A stretch of 44,968 bases of DNA from a bacterium. GTDB lineage: Bacteria > Zhuqueibacterota > Zhuqueibacteria > Zhuqueibacterales > Zhuqueibacteraceae. Below, in pieces: positions 10,703-19,843 of the stretch. The stretch's first letter is position 1, and each line of letters begins with the position of its first letter. The stretch spans positions 1 to 44,968 of the forward strand of contig JBIOXB010000005.1 in NCBI GenBank assembly GCA_044869275.1, read 5' to 3'. The position numbers were made by a program, and so were the translations under genes. The notes beneath the pieces are model-generated. The model worked only from the letters and a program-made list of their open reading frames with translations. It was not told where the DNA came from and did not search any database.

Positions 10703-12022
10703 TCAATTGCATGGTATTTTCACTGGCTTCACGACATCCGCCGTCACCTGTCCGTTACTGACTCTCAAACGCACTGGATATTCGCCGCTGCGGGAATAGG
10801 AATAGCGCACCGTGGAAAGGTTCGCCCCGCTCTGCCTGTTGCCGTCGCCAAAATCCCACTCATAGCCGTCGATCTGGTCGATGCTGGTGGAGATGAAGGT
10901 CACGTTGCCGAGATCACAATCCTGCCAAATGAAGTTGGCCTCCAGGGTGACCACAACAACCGGTATGGTCTGTGTGTTCGTGGCGCCGACGTTGTCGCGC
11001 ACGGTGAGCTGCACGGCGTAGGGATTGTTGTCCGGGCTGTCGCGCGTGAAGGTATGCGAGCCGCTATCCGCCTGGGAACTCATGCCATCGCCGAAGGTGA
11101 CGTCGTACGAGACGATCGCGCCGTCGCGGTCGCGGCTGCCGCGCGCGTTGTACGTGATTGTCAACGGCGTTTTGCCGGCTGTCGGTGTCACGTTTAAAGC
11201 CGCTACCGGCGGCTGATTGAACGTCGTCACCACTTGATCCAGGCTGTCCAGCGCACCTTCGTCGTCTTTCAGAATCAGGCGCACGATAAAAGATCCTGAC
11301 TGCAGATAATCGTGACTGGTGCTGTTGGCACCCGCCCCCAGCGTTACGCGATTGGAGTTATCCCCGAACGACCACGTGTAGCTTTCAATCTCGCCATCGC
11401 GATCGAAACTGTTGACCGCGTTGTAACTGACGCGATACGGGGGATTTTGCTCGCTCCCGGGAACGGCTTGAAATCGCACCACCGGCTTCAGATTCTCAAA
11501 AAAGGTGGTCGAGGCGGTTTTCACCTCGGAGTATTTGACGCCGTCGCTCAGCTCCAATTGCAAATCGGTCACCCCGGCGTGATCCGGCAGCACGAAAATC
11601 TCATCATCGAATTGCGCCGGCACCTCAAAGGTCAATCCGTCGCCGCTGGGGTTAGTGAATTTGTTGCTCGAAACGCGGCCGCTGCCCACGGCAAATCTGA
11701 ACTTGGCGCGCAAGGTGCGGTCCTGCCTCTGTGATTCGGAATCGATATAACTCAGCGCCACGGCGTAGGCCTGCCCTTGCTTGTATTTCAAGGAATCGCC
11801 GTCCGCGCGTAGCGACGCATCCGGCAGTTCTAAATCCGGTTTGAATTCGAAACTCAAAATCCCCGGAGAAGAATTGTTCGCCGAGAAAGGATCCTTATAC
11901 TTCTCGCAAGACCAGAGCGTGATCAGTGCGAACAGCGCCGCGGCGGCGTACATCAATAACAGGCGCTTGCTTTCCTTAAAAAACACTGTTAAGCTGGACA
12001 TAGAACTCAAATCCCTCATCAA
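10703..12022 (-). CDS. PKD-domain lipoprotein
   Basis: Lipobox LWSC; three PKD-like units (SFDRDGEIESYTWSFGD, SRDRDGAIVSYDVTFGDG, YEWDFGDG); true start probably slightly downstream of 12022. Confidence 0.85.
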   Translation of the reverse strand: MMRDLSSMSSLTVFFKESKRLLLMYAAAALFALITLWSCEKYKDPFSANNSSPGILSFEFKPDLELPDASLRADGDSLKYKQGQAYAVALSYIDSESQRQDRTLRAKFRFAVGSGRVSSNKFTNPSGDGLTFEVPAQFDDEIFVLPDHAGVTDLQLELSDGVKYSEVKTASTTFFENLKPVVRFQAVPGSEQNPPYRVSYNAVNSFDRDGEIESYTWSFGDNSNRVTLGAGANSTSHDYLQSGSFIVRLILKDDEGALDSLDQVVTTFNQPPVAALNVTPTAGKTPLTITYNARGSRDRDGAIVSYDVTFGDGMSSQADSGSHTFTRDSPDNNPYAVQLTVRDNVGATNTQTIPVVVVTLEANFIWQDCDLGNVTFISTSIDQIDGYEWDFGDGNRQSGANLSTVRYSYSRSGEYPVRLRVSNGQVTADVVKPVKIPCN

Positions 12023-12902
12023 AACGGGCTACATCTTCGGTTAATGAATTGGTGTTGGTTTGATTGGCATAGCGACCGACGACTGGAATGCCCGAGGCTG
12101 CGCTTTTCAGCTCATCGACCACGGCTTTGCTGGCGGAAGCCTGCGCCGCTTGCACCGCCGGATATGGCAGGCCAAGCTGCCGTTTCATGTCATACGCGCG
12201 GCCGTTGCAACTGCGGGCAACGCCCTCGATCCGAATCTCGCGAAAATCGATAAACACCCGGCTCCCCTGCAAGCTGGCAACGCCGGAGAGTTTCGCGCGC
12301 CGCGGAATCACGGTGGTCCCGAGGCTGGCTTCGTTCAGGACGCGCGCTTCCACCAGGCTGTTGTTGCTCACGGAGATCTTGTCCGTCAACGTGACTTTGA
12401 GCAACACCGTCTGCACCCCCAGCGTGCCGCCGCCGGCGACTTGATTGGCCGCGCCCATGCTGCTGTATACGATCATATTGAGATTGCGATCGCCGGCCGG
12501 ATCTCCCGCGCTTGTCAAACGCGGCGAGGCGGGATATTCTGCCGGGCTTTCCGAGGCACGGCGCGTGCCCTTACCGGGCTGGCTGCTGGGCGCTATTACC
12601 GCAGGGCTTTCGGCCACAGGCGGCGCCATCACCTCCTCCTGCCGTTTGAGATGATCCCCCAAGCTGATGGTGTCCAAGTGCACGATATTGTAATCCAGCT
12701 TTTGCCGCGATAAAGAAGGGTGATGAGCAAAAGGGCTATCCATTTGTTTGGGTTTGGCATTCTGGCGTGCTACCAGCATGACGGTGAACGCGAACAACGC
12801 AAACAGTGCGGCGCTCAATCCGATCACCACGCGCGGTTTTACGCGGCGCTGGCCGTTTTTGGTTTCAAACAATATTTTTTCAAACTGCATCAGAGCCTCC
12901 AT
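11976..12902 (-). CDS. TraM-like (VirB10-equivalent) T4SS core protein
   Basis: N-terminal TM helix, Pro-rich linker, C-terminal VEARVL...VIPRRAKLSGVASLQGSRVFIDF...AYD...LGL.YP resembling Bacteroidetes CTn TraM. Confidence 0.78.
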   Translation of the reverse strand: MEALMQFEKILFETKNGQRRVKPRVVIGLSAALFALFAFTVMLVARQNAKPKQMDSPFAHHPSLSRQKLDYNIVHLDTISLGDHLKRQEEVMAPPVAESPAVIAPSSQPGKGTRRASESPAEYPASPRLTSAGDPAGDRNLNMIVYSSMGAANQVAGGGTLGVQTVLLKVTLTDKISVSNNSLVEARVLNEASLGTTVIPRRAKLSGVASLQGSRVFIDFREIRIEGVARSCNGRAYDMKRQLGLPYPAVQAAQASASKAVVDELKSAASGIPVVGRYANQTNTNSLTEDVARFDEGFEFYVQLNSVF

Positions 12903-12986
12903 CGCTCCTGCAAGACTGCCGGCGTCGGCAAATGGGACAACTGCTTTCTATCCAGTGTTTCTCGGAGTGAAAATCTCCGTGATCTC

Positions 12987-13838
12987 TCACTCTACAAAGG
13001 AGGACGGCACCGCGAGCGCCAGCGTGCGGCGGCCACTTTCTTCGCTGCAAGAAATCTCGATCTCGCTGCGGTCGGTCAAGCCCACTTTATCGAACACGAA
13101 CAGCAAGCGCGTCGAGCCCTGAGGCGGCACGTGTGCATTGAAGAAATCACGCGCGGGCTCGATTTCCGCTTCTTTCAAGCGCTTGGAAAAGACCAGCATG
13201 GATTTGGCTTTTTCGACCACTTTGAAGCGCACGAAGCCGACGTCGTAAGCAATCGCGGAATTGTTGATCAGCGTGCACAAAACATGCAGACGGTTTTCAA
13301 TCATGGCCATGTGGTCCACGCCGAAAATCACGCCGGAATTGACCGTGCTATAGGCGTACGGCCGCGGCGTTTTCATGTAGCCGGAGAGCACCGCGCGCAC
13401 TTTGGGGCTCAGCGTTTCGAGGTCTTTGGTTTTCATCGCTCCGTGTGCAGCGGCGGCAGAGCTGGTGCCATTGCTCGCCACGCCGGGCTTCTCCGTGGGC
13501 AGCCCGCCGTTCGCCGGCGGCGGGGCGCTCGGTTGCAGGCGCACCTCCAAATCCGGCGCGTCGGAAATCAGCAAGACCAAATTATAGGTATCCACGCCAG
13601 ATTTGATAAACATGTTGGTCGAGCCCGTGCCGACCAGCGGCTTGATCAACACAAAGCTGCCCGTGCTTTGTACGGAAAATTTCTCCGGGCTGCCGACCGT
13701 CACCAGCTCGGGCTGCTCCGGGCATGCAATGACCGTGGCAAAACCGGGCTTCACGCGGACCGTGCGCGGCTTCTGCTCCTGCGCCATGGCAACGGTGAAA
13801 AGGATTGAAGCGACGAAAAATGGGTGCACGCGTTTCAT
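12987..13838 (-). CDS. TraN-like (DUF4138; VirB9-equivalent) T4SS protein
   Basis: Signal peptide; C-terminal N.S.IAYDVGFVRFKVVEK...LLFVFDK.....EISCSEESGRRTL like CTn TraN. Confidence 0.8.
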   Translation of the reverse strand: MKRVHPFFVASILFTVAMAQEQKPRTVRVKPGFATVIACPEQPELVTVGSPEKFSVQSTGSFVLIKPLVGTGSTNMFIKSGVDTYNLVLLISDAPDLEVRLQPSAPPPANGGLPTEKPGVASNGTSSAAAAHGAMKTKDLETLSPKVRAVLSGYMKTPRPYAYSTVNSGVIFGVDHMAMIENRLHVLCTLINNSAIAYDVGFVRFKVVEKAKSMLVFSKRLKEAEIEPARDFFNAHVPPQGSTRLLFVFDKVGLTDRSEIEISCSEESGRRTLALAVPSSFVE

Positions 13839-14413
13839 GTTTTTTCTTGTGAATAATTGATGATGCGCAAACCGAACGGATTCGTTGCGGTGCGATTCAC
13901 CACATTAATGGTTAAAACGAATTTTAGCGGAATCGGCGGCTGGCCGGGAAAAACCTGCTGGCCGGCCACGCGTGCAAGGCAAGGGTCACCTTCCTGCACC
14001 GTGATCTCTTCGATGTCGTACCGGATGGTGCCGGGCGTGCCCTGCACCACCCGCGGGATCTCAGAGGTTTTAATCGTATTGTACATTAAAAGTTCCAATT
14101 CCGGCGAGCACATTTGCAGCGCGGTCTTGACGCGCTCGTTGAAATTCTCCCGGTTGAATTCGAGAAGATTCTTGGCGAATACCTGGGCGAATTGCCGCAC
14201 TTCATGGCGCGAGCGCTGATATTCGTACGGCGCCGCAGCGTAGGCCTGGCCTTCCTTGATCACGAAGGTCGCCGCCGGCCGCGTAAAAGCCAGATAGGCG
14301 AAGAGGGCGAGCACGGCATTCGCCGCGATCAAACCGATCACCAAGCGCTTCAGAAAAATATTGCTCTTGATGATCTCGCCGTAAAACTCGTAGTATTCGG
14401 GATTTTTGGACAT
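13835..14413 (-). CDS. TraK/VirB8-like T4SS protein
   Basis: Single N-terminal TM helix, C-terminal RT..NPFGL.I VirB8 signature; 4-nt overlap with the next gene. Confidence 0.8.
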   Translation of the reverse strand: MSKNPEYYEFYGEIIKSNIFLKRLVIGLIAANAVLALFAYLAFTRPAATFVIKEGQAYAAAPYEYQRSRHEVRQFAQVFAKNLLEFNRENFNERVKTALQMCSPELELLMYNTIKTSEIPRVVQGTPGTIRYDIEEITVQEGDPCLARVAGQQVFPGQPPIPLKFVLTINVVNRTATNPFGLRIINYSQEKT

Positions 14414-14463
14414 GGCATTGCTCCCAGCTCTCGGGTCTTCAATTTCTCAAGCGCATTAATACT

Positions 14464-14643
14464 TGTGGATCGTGGATGGTCGATCGTGGATGGTCGATCG
14501 TTGATCGTTGATCGTGGATTGTGGATCGTGGATTATTCCGTGCTACATGCTTGCGATCTACGATCTACCATCTACCATCTACCATCTACCATCTACGATT
14601 TACGATTTACCATCCATAACCTTCGATCATCTATCTTCAATTC
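14464..14643. repeat. Inverted arrays of 7-mers (CGTGGAT-like x~10 / CATCTAC-like x~12)
   Basis: Two opposed degenerate heptamer arrays able to form a long imperfect hairpin between the VirB6-like and VirB8-like genes. Confidence 0.88.
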
Positions 14644-14670
14644 CAGAACTCAAACCTCACGCACCCCCGC

Positions 14671-15654
14671 CTAGCGCGGCAGCCGCGCGCCGCCGAAGGG
14701 CCAGCTCGCCACCGCGGGATCGCTGCGCGTCAGGGCTTCTACGGTTTTGCGGGAGGCGTCTGCCGCCGGGCTGGAGGTGAGCGCGCGCGCCCCGCTGATC
14801 AAGGTGTCACCGGTGCGATGCGTCATGGTGTTTGAAAATGACTTCACGTTCTTCCACACGGTGGAAACCACGAGGCCGGCAGTCGCAGCGGTGGCGTACG
14901 TCCCCAAGTCGGCGCTGCTCGAAGCCAGCTTGAAAATGCCGGCAGCGATTTTGGGAATGAGCACGATACACACTGAAATCAGCACGCCGAGAATGAAAGT
15001 GTCCCACAGCACCCCTTTGTCGCCGTTCGCCACGGCTTGCCGAAACGCCCCCGCGGTCGTGATCGTCTTTACCAGCCGGAACAGGATTGCCACCAGCACG
15101 GACCAAAAATTCACCGCGCAAAAATTCGCCAGCCATATTTTGAAGACGTCGTGGAACTGCGGGAAAAGGGAAATCACGATCGCCACCGGACCGAGCAGAT
15201 AGAAGAAAATCTGCACGATGACTTGCACGATCACAAAAACTTCGTAAACGATCATCACCAGCATGTACGAGAGCGAGGACAGCGACTCCAGGCTCATGAA
15301 ATTGAACATCGACATTTTCAAGCCGCCGTTCCCATCGGAAAAGAAGGCGCCGAGATATTCGGTCATCATGTTGCCCGACTGCAGATCGAAAATGGCGGCC
15401 GACAAGAACACGAATACTTTTCCCAGCCATACCGCCCAGATCTTGTAAGTCGCCAGCCCGATGGCGGCGAAGGCGATAAACAGCAAATGATAAAAAGGAT
15501 CGCTGTTTTCGCGGCCCGTGGTCAGCCGCATCACCATGGCCAGAATATAAAGCACCATGCCGAGCGTGAACATGTAGGTGGCGATGCTGATGAGATGGTC
15601 CACCAACTGGTGCACGGAATTGAAAAAGACGGGGCTGAAGAAGACTTCCAGCAT
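14671..15654 (-). CDS. VirB6/TraJ/TrbL-like polytopic T4SS membrane protein
   Basis: 5-7 hydrophobic helices, LLGPVAIVISLFP..WL motif, IPKIA; start trimmed to ATG 15654 (the upstream in-frame extension is repeat-derived). Confidence 0.8.
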   Translation of the reverse strand: MLEVFFSPVFFNSVHQLVDHLISIATYMFTLGMVLYILAMVMRLTTGRENSDPFYHLLFIAFAAIGLATYKIWAVWLGKVFVFLSAAIFDLQSGNMMTEYLGAFFSDGNGGLKMSMFNFMSLESLSSLSYMLVMIVYEVFVIVQVIVQIFFYLLGPVAIVISLFPQFHDVFKIWLANFCAVNFWSVLVAILFRLVKTITTAGAFRQAVANGDKGVLWDTFILGVLISVCIVLIPKIAAGIFKLASSSADLGTYATAATAGLVVSTVWKNVKSFSNTMTHRTGDTLISGARALTSSPAADASRKTVEALTRSDPAVASWPFGGARLPR

Positions 15655-15687
15655 AAATGGCCCTCGGTTTATGATTGGTGGATAAAC

Positions 15688-15768
15688 GTCGATCGTAGAT
15701 AGTTGATCGTGGGTCGTAGATCGCATTTCGTAGTTAGACACGATCCACCATCTACCATCTACTATCTT
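15688..15768. repeat. Inverted 7-mer arrays (CGTAGAT / CATCTAC type)
   Basis: Same heptamer family as 14464-14643, two opposed arms. Confidence 0.75.
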
Positions 15769-16661
15769 CACTCCGTTTTCGCCGCACTGATGTCGAAAAA
15801 CCCGTACCGCACTTTCGAGGTGCGATTGGCCTGGGTTTTCAGCGTTTGCCAATCGAACTTCTTGCTGAGAAAATTCAACTTTCTTTCGGACATGTTCAGC
15901 TCGTTGGTGTGCGCGTCCTGCGAAAGCTTCAAGTACTTTTCATAATAGGCGTTCGAGTTTTCCCGCAGCTTGACGGCCTCCAGCAAGAGCTGGGTACGCT
16001 CGGCTTCGGTGTATTTGTTCTTGTTGTTCATGATCTCCCGTTGCAGCTCTACCGCCATCGAGTCGTAGCTTTTCGCCATCTGCTGGCTTTTGATCGCATA
16101 TCCCAACATCGCCTGCGAAAATGCCTCCTGGCCGAGCAAAGCGTTCTCCTCGCGCGCGGCGAGATCGTCCGGAATCTCGCCGTTTTTCGTGGACACGGCA
16201 AAACTTTCATACGTTCTTTGCAGCGCCTCGGTATCGTTCGCCAGCGCGTTCAAATTCTCCCCCGACCGCGCGAGATCGGAGGTCGTTGCCGGCAGCCAGT
16301 AATCCAGACGATCGGCGTTCGTGACGAAATTGGACAGCGTAAAATTATTCGCGAAGTCGAGGTTTTTAACCGCCTGCATATCGTTGTACAAGCTCTGCGT
16401 AAACTCGAGGTCCTGGCGCACCAGCGAGTAATTGTCGTAAAACACTTTGAGCTGCTGCACCATTTGCGACGTTTGCCGGCGCTGCTCTTCCAGGCCGAGC
16501 TGATGCTTCAAAGAGATATCGCGCAGGGTGTTGAGCATCATGCCGCTGGTCGGATCGAGGAAGAATTGCGCGTGTGCGGGCGGCGCCCATGCACCACCAA
16601 GCCCCACCGCCAGCATGGCGCCGACGGACCATTTGAATGCGAGGTTTAGGCTTTGTTTCAT
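15768..16661 (-). CDS. Secreted helical T4SS protein (TraI/VirB5-like)
   Basis: Signal peptide ending AHA-QFFLDPT (Q..V.DP-like motif), helical content, TEAERTQLL resembling TraI; lies between VirB4 and VirB6. Confidence 0.6.
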   Translation of the reverse strand: MKQSLNLAFKWSVGAMLAVGLGGAWAPPAHAQFFLDPTSGMMLNTLRDISLKHQLGLEEQRRQTSQMVQQLKVFYDNYSLVRQDLEFTQSLYNDMQAVKNLDFANNFTLSNFVTNADRLDYWLPATTSDLARSGENLNALANDTEALQRTYESFAVSTKNGEIPDDLAAREENALLGQEAFSQAMLGYAIKSQQMAKSYDSMAVELQREIMNNKNKYTEAERTQLLLEAVKLRENSNAYYEKYLKLSQDAHTNELNMSERKLNFLSKKFDWQTLKTQANRTSKVRYGFFDISAAKTE

Positions 16662-16664
16662 AAC

Positions 16665-19130
16665 TCAAAGCAAGTATGGTGAAAGTTCGTCATCCTTTTC
16701 CACGGCGATTTCTTTGATGGCTTTGATGAGATCGCCGGACGTCTTGGTCAATTTTTCTTCGAGCAGATTGTTCTCCTGCCGGTCGGTCGTGAACAGATAA
16801 TGATCGTAGGTGCTCATGTCCGCGCGCAGCACGGTCATTTTGCCGTCGCGGTCGAGGAAAAACTCGCCGCGCTGCAGGCTGGAGATGATCGCCAGCTCGC
16901 GCTCGGAATAGCCGAAGGCGCGCGCCAGGCCCTCCAATTGCTTGGGCTTGTGGCCGAGAACGAAATGATTCAGGGCATTGTCCTTGATGGGCGTGGAATA
17001 GCTCACCTTGTCGATATCTTCGATGGACTGCGAGATCGCAAAAATACCCGCGCCCATTTTGCGCGCGGTGCGGAACAATTCCACCACGAGATGGCCGATC
17101 GTCGAGTTGTCGTCCAGCACCTTCCACAGCTCGTCCGCGAAAATCACCTTGTTATAGGCGAGATTGCGCTCCATCAAATCCCACAACAAGCCGGTGATGA
17201 TGATGGCGATGATGCCCTGTAGATCCGGATGCGTTTCCAGGCCTTTTAAATCGAAGCACACCAGGTCTTCGCGAATGTCGATCATCTCATCGGCGCAGAG
17301 AAAGCGGCTGTATTCGCCGTGGGTGTACATGTACATCTTGCGCGCCATGAGCTTGACATCGACGTAGCCGTCGGGGTCGGTCTGTTTCGCGAAAAAATCG
17401 ACGAACGTTTTCAGATTGCGCGGGCCGCGATGATGCTCGAGATAGCTTTGCAGCGTTTTGCTGATGAAGCCTTGCTCGACTTTCGAGATCGACTTCTGTT
17501 CGCGTTCCAGCAGCAATTTTTCAATGAAGGCGCGCAGGAACAACGTCTTCTTCGTATCCAGCTCGCTGCTTTCCGAAGTCCTTACCAGCGCGAAGGGATT
17601 CAATGGAATCGGGCGATCGATGTTCAATTCGATGTAACGGCCCTTGAGCAGTTTGATCATTTTTTTGTAACTCCCGCCCATCTCGCCCACGCCGCCGACG
17701 TCCAGGCCGAAAACCTTGACGTTCTGTTCCAAAAGCTGCAGGAGCATGGCCTGCATCAAATAGCTTTTACCCGTGCCCGTGGGGCCGACGATAATGCTGT
17801 TCCACGAATTCAGATTCTGGTCGAAATAGTCGAACAGTACCGGCTCGCCGTTGCGGTTCTTCAGCAGTATGCCGCGATGATACCCGCGGTTGAAATTGGT
17901 GAGATTGATGAAAGCTGCCGCATTCGTCGTTTTCACCACCAAACGATGGTAATTTTCGCTGCCATTGCCGGGCAGAGAAGCAATGAATATCGGCAGCACG
18001 TCCAGCGTCTCCAGCACGCATTGCGCTTTGTCCAAGCCGGCAAAGGCCAGTTGTGCTTGATTGATTTTTTGATTGAGGCGCTCGCGTTCCGTGTCGTAAA
18101 TGATCACGTTCAGGCTGATGGTCGCCAGTTTTCTGTGCTGCCCATAAATCTCGTCGAGCAGTTCGCTGAGCTCGCGGAATTTCACCTCGCTTTTGCGGCC
18201 TTCGCGCTGGCGGGAGAAATTCATGATGAAGCGCGAAAAATTGAGCGCGCGGGAGAGTCGGGCGGTTTCCTTCTCCATATCGAGATTTTGCGTGGAAAAG
18301 ACCACGCGGTGCGGAAACGGCAAATTGTGCAGCAGCGGAAAAAGGTAAGGCAGTGGAATGCCGTTGAACGCCATGTGATCGCGCGTCATTTCCGGCAGCA
18401 GGCTGAGCGACAGGCACGCGAGATATTGGTTGCCGATTTTCAAGGCGCCTTTTTCGACTTCGTAATCCTGCGCGATGAGCTCGTTGTTCGTGGCCTTGCC
18501 GCGCAGCGTGCCCGGAAAAGGGTCCGCCGTGAGATTGAGCGCACGATACAGAACGTCGGCAAGGTCGGCATTGCGCAAGCGCTGCAATTTGACGCCGGTG
18601 CTTTCCAATCCCGCTTGCAGCGTCTTGAGCGCGTGATTCTTTTCCAGCACCAGTTTCTCGTGCTCGGCCTGCAAGCGCGTTTTGACGCTGGCGGAGGACA
18701 TGAGAATATTGAACGGCGTGCGCAAAATCTGGCCGGCGTCAAAATCCACGAACACGTACAACCGGCAGGTGAGATACTTGAAGAAACCGTAGTATTTGTG
18801 CCGCTGCAATTTGAAAAAATCCAGCACGGGGTCGTCGGAATAAACGAAATCCGCGGTATAAGGAAAATAATCGAAGTTCGAAGAAAATTGCAGATTGAGG
18901 TTTGGATCGACTGTGTTGAGCACGTTTTCCAGCGTGGCCGCGAGGCGTGCATAGTCACCGGCAGCCAGGCTCATGTTGTCACGCGCGGCGATCTCGAAGC
19001 CGGCGACGAAATTGCCATTCTTCTTAATGACGAAATCGTCGAGAATCTCGAGATACGGCAGGTGCCGGCTGAGCGCGGGCCGCTGCGCATAGGCTGCGCG
19101 CTGGGAAAACTTTGTGGGAAAGGAAGTCAT
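16665..19130 (-). CDS. VirB4/TraG-family T4SS ATPase
   Basis: NSIIVGPTGTGKS Walker A, LNPF, VIFADE Walker B, FRTARKMGAGIFAISQS; 821 aa. Confidence 0.92.
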   Translation of the reverse strand: MTSFPTKFSQRAAYAQRPALSRHLPYLEILDDFVIKKNGNFVAGFEIAARDNMSLAAGDYARLAATLENVLNTVDPNLNLQFSSNFDYFPYTADFVYSDDPVLDFFKLQRHKYYGFFKYLTCRLYVFVDFDAGQILRTPFNILMSSASVKTRLQAEHEKLVLEKNHALKTLQAGLESTGVKLQRLRNADLADVLYRALNLTADPFPGTLRGKATNNELIAQDYEVEKGALKIGNQYLACLSLSLLPEMTRDHMAFNGIPLPYLFPLLHNLPFPHRVVFSTQNLDMEKETARLSRALNFSRFIMNFSRQREGRKSEVKFRELSELLDEIYGQHRKLATISLNVIIYDTERERLNQKINQAQLAFAGLDKAQCVLETLDVLPIFIASLPGNGSENYHRLVVKTTNAAAFINLTNFNRGYHRGILLKNRNGEPVLFDYFDQNLNSWNSIIVGPTGTGKSYLMQAMLLQLLEQNVKVFGLDVGGVGEMGGSYKKMIKLLKGRYIELNIDRPIPLNPFALVRTSESSELDTKKTLFLRAFIEKLLLEREQKSISKVEQGFISKTLQSYLEHHRGPRNLKTFVDFFAKQTDPDGYVDVKLMARKMYMYTHGEYSRFLCADEMIDIREDLVCFDLKGLETHPDLQGIIAIIITGLLWDLMERNLAYNKVIFADELWKVLDDNSTIGHLVVELFRTARKMGAGIFAISQSIEDIDKVSYSTPIKDNALNHFVLGHKPKQLEGLARAFGYSERELAIISSLQRGEFFLDRDGKMTVLRADMSTYDHYLFTTDRQENNLLEEKLTKTSGDLIKAIKEIAVEKDDELSPYLL

Positions 19131-19137
19131 TCTGCCT

Positions 19138-19479
19138 TTAAAATTTGTTCTGCCCGCTCACGGTTTTTTTTCCGGCCTGTTCGGCTCGGCGCAAATAGTC
19201 GTTTTCCTCCAGCCCAAACGCGGAAAGCTGCCGCGGCCAGAAGAAATGAAAGCTGATTAAAGAAATCACACCATGATCGAAGCCGGAAATGCGATTGCCC
19301 ATACGCAAGACGGCATACAAAGCCACGTCGAGCGCGAAGACGAACAGCAGATTGAGCTCGAGCCAGACAAATAGCGGCGCCAAGGCGATGGGGAACGCCA
19401 GCAATGCCAGCAATTCAATCAGGCTGACGCCGCCCAACTGCCCGTGTGCCGAGATTTCGCGATAGCATTTGTCGTTCAT
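19138..19479 (-). CDS. VirB3/TraF-like small membrane protein
   Basis: Two TM helices, 113 aa, between the pilin and VirB4 genes. Confidence 0.6.
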   Translation of the reverse strand: MNDKCYREISAHGQLGGVSLIELLALLAFPIALAPLFVWLELNLLFVFALDVALYAVLRMGNRISGFDHGVISLISFHFFWPRQLSAFGLEENDYLRRAEQAGKKTVSGQNKF

Positions 19480-19480
19480 A

Positions 19481-19723
19481 TTAAAACGACGCGTTGGCGC
19501 CCGGCACGAACGAGACCAGAGCCTGCACGATTATTTTCGAGCCGAAAATGGCAATGGCGGCGATGGCGATGCCGATGAGCTGGCGCTTGGCCTTTTCATG
19601 CCGCCCGCCGTCGGCACTGGCCATGTTCAAACCCGCGATGATCAGCGCGATGATCAGCACCGGCGAGGCGAGAATCAACAACGCGTTGGTCAGGTTATTG
19701 ACGGACTGAATGATGGTTTGCAT
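19481..19723 (-). CDS. VirB2/TrbC-like pilin
   Basis: 80 aa, two hydrophobic helices around a charged loop (GRHEKAKRQL); RBS aaggag; position in operon. Confidence 0.72.
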   Translation of the reverse strand: MQTIIQSVNNLTNALLILASPVLIIALIIAGLNMASADGGRHEKAKRQLIGIAIAAIAIFGSKIIVQALVSFVPGANASF

Positions 19724-19740
19724 AGATTTCTCCTTGAAAA

Positions 19741-19840
19741 TTGAACACTGGATTGTTGGAGTCATGGATCATTGGATTGCTGGATCATTGGATGGTTGGA
19801 AGCATCAATCCATTAATCCATCAATCCATTCATCCAATTT
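19741..19840. repeat. Inverted 8-mer arrays (TTGGATCA / AATCCATT type)
   Basis: ctggattg ttggagtc atggatca ttggattg ... aatccatt aatccatc aatccatt, between T4CP and pilin. Confidence 0.82.
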
Positions 19841-19843
19841 GCC

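Noticed and set aside
15655..15852. N-terminal extension of the VirB6-like ORF
   Set aside because: Runs through a heptamer repeat and the upstream gene; a better RBS precedes ATG 15654
17319..19256. 645-aa plus-strand ORF
   Set aside because: Antisense shadow of VirB4; codon-bias artefact
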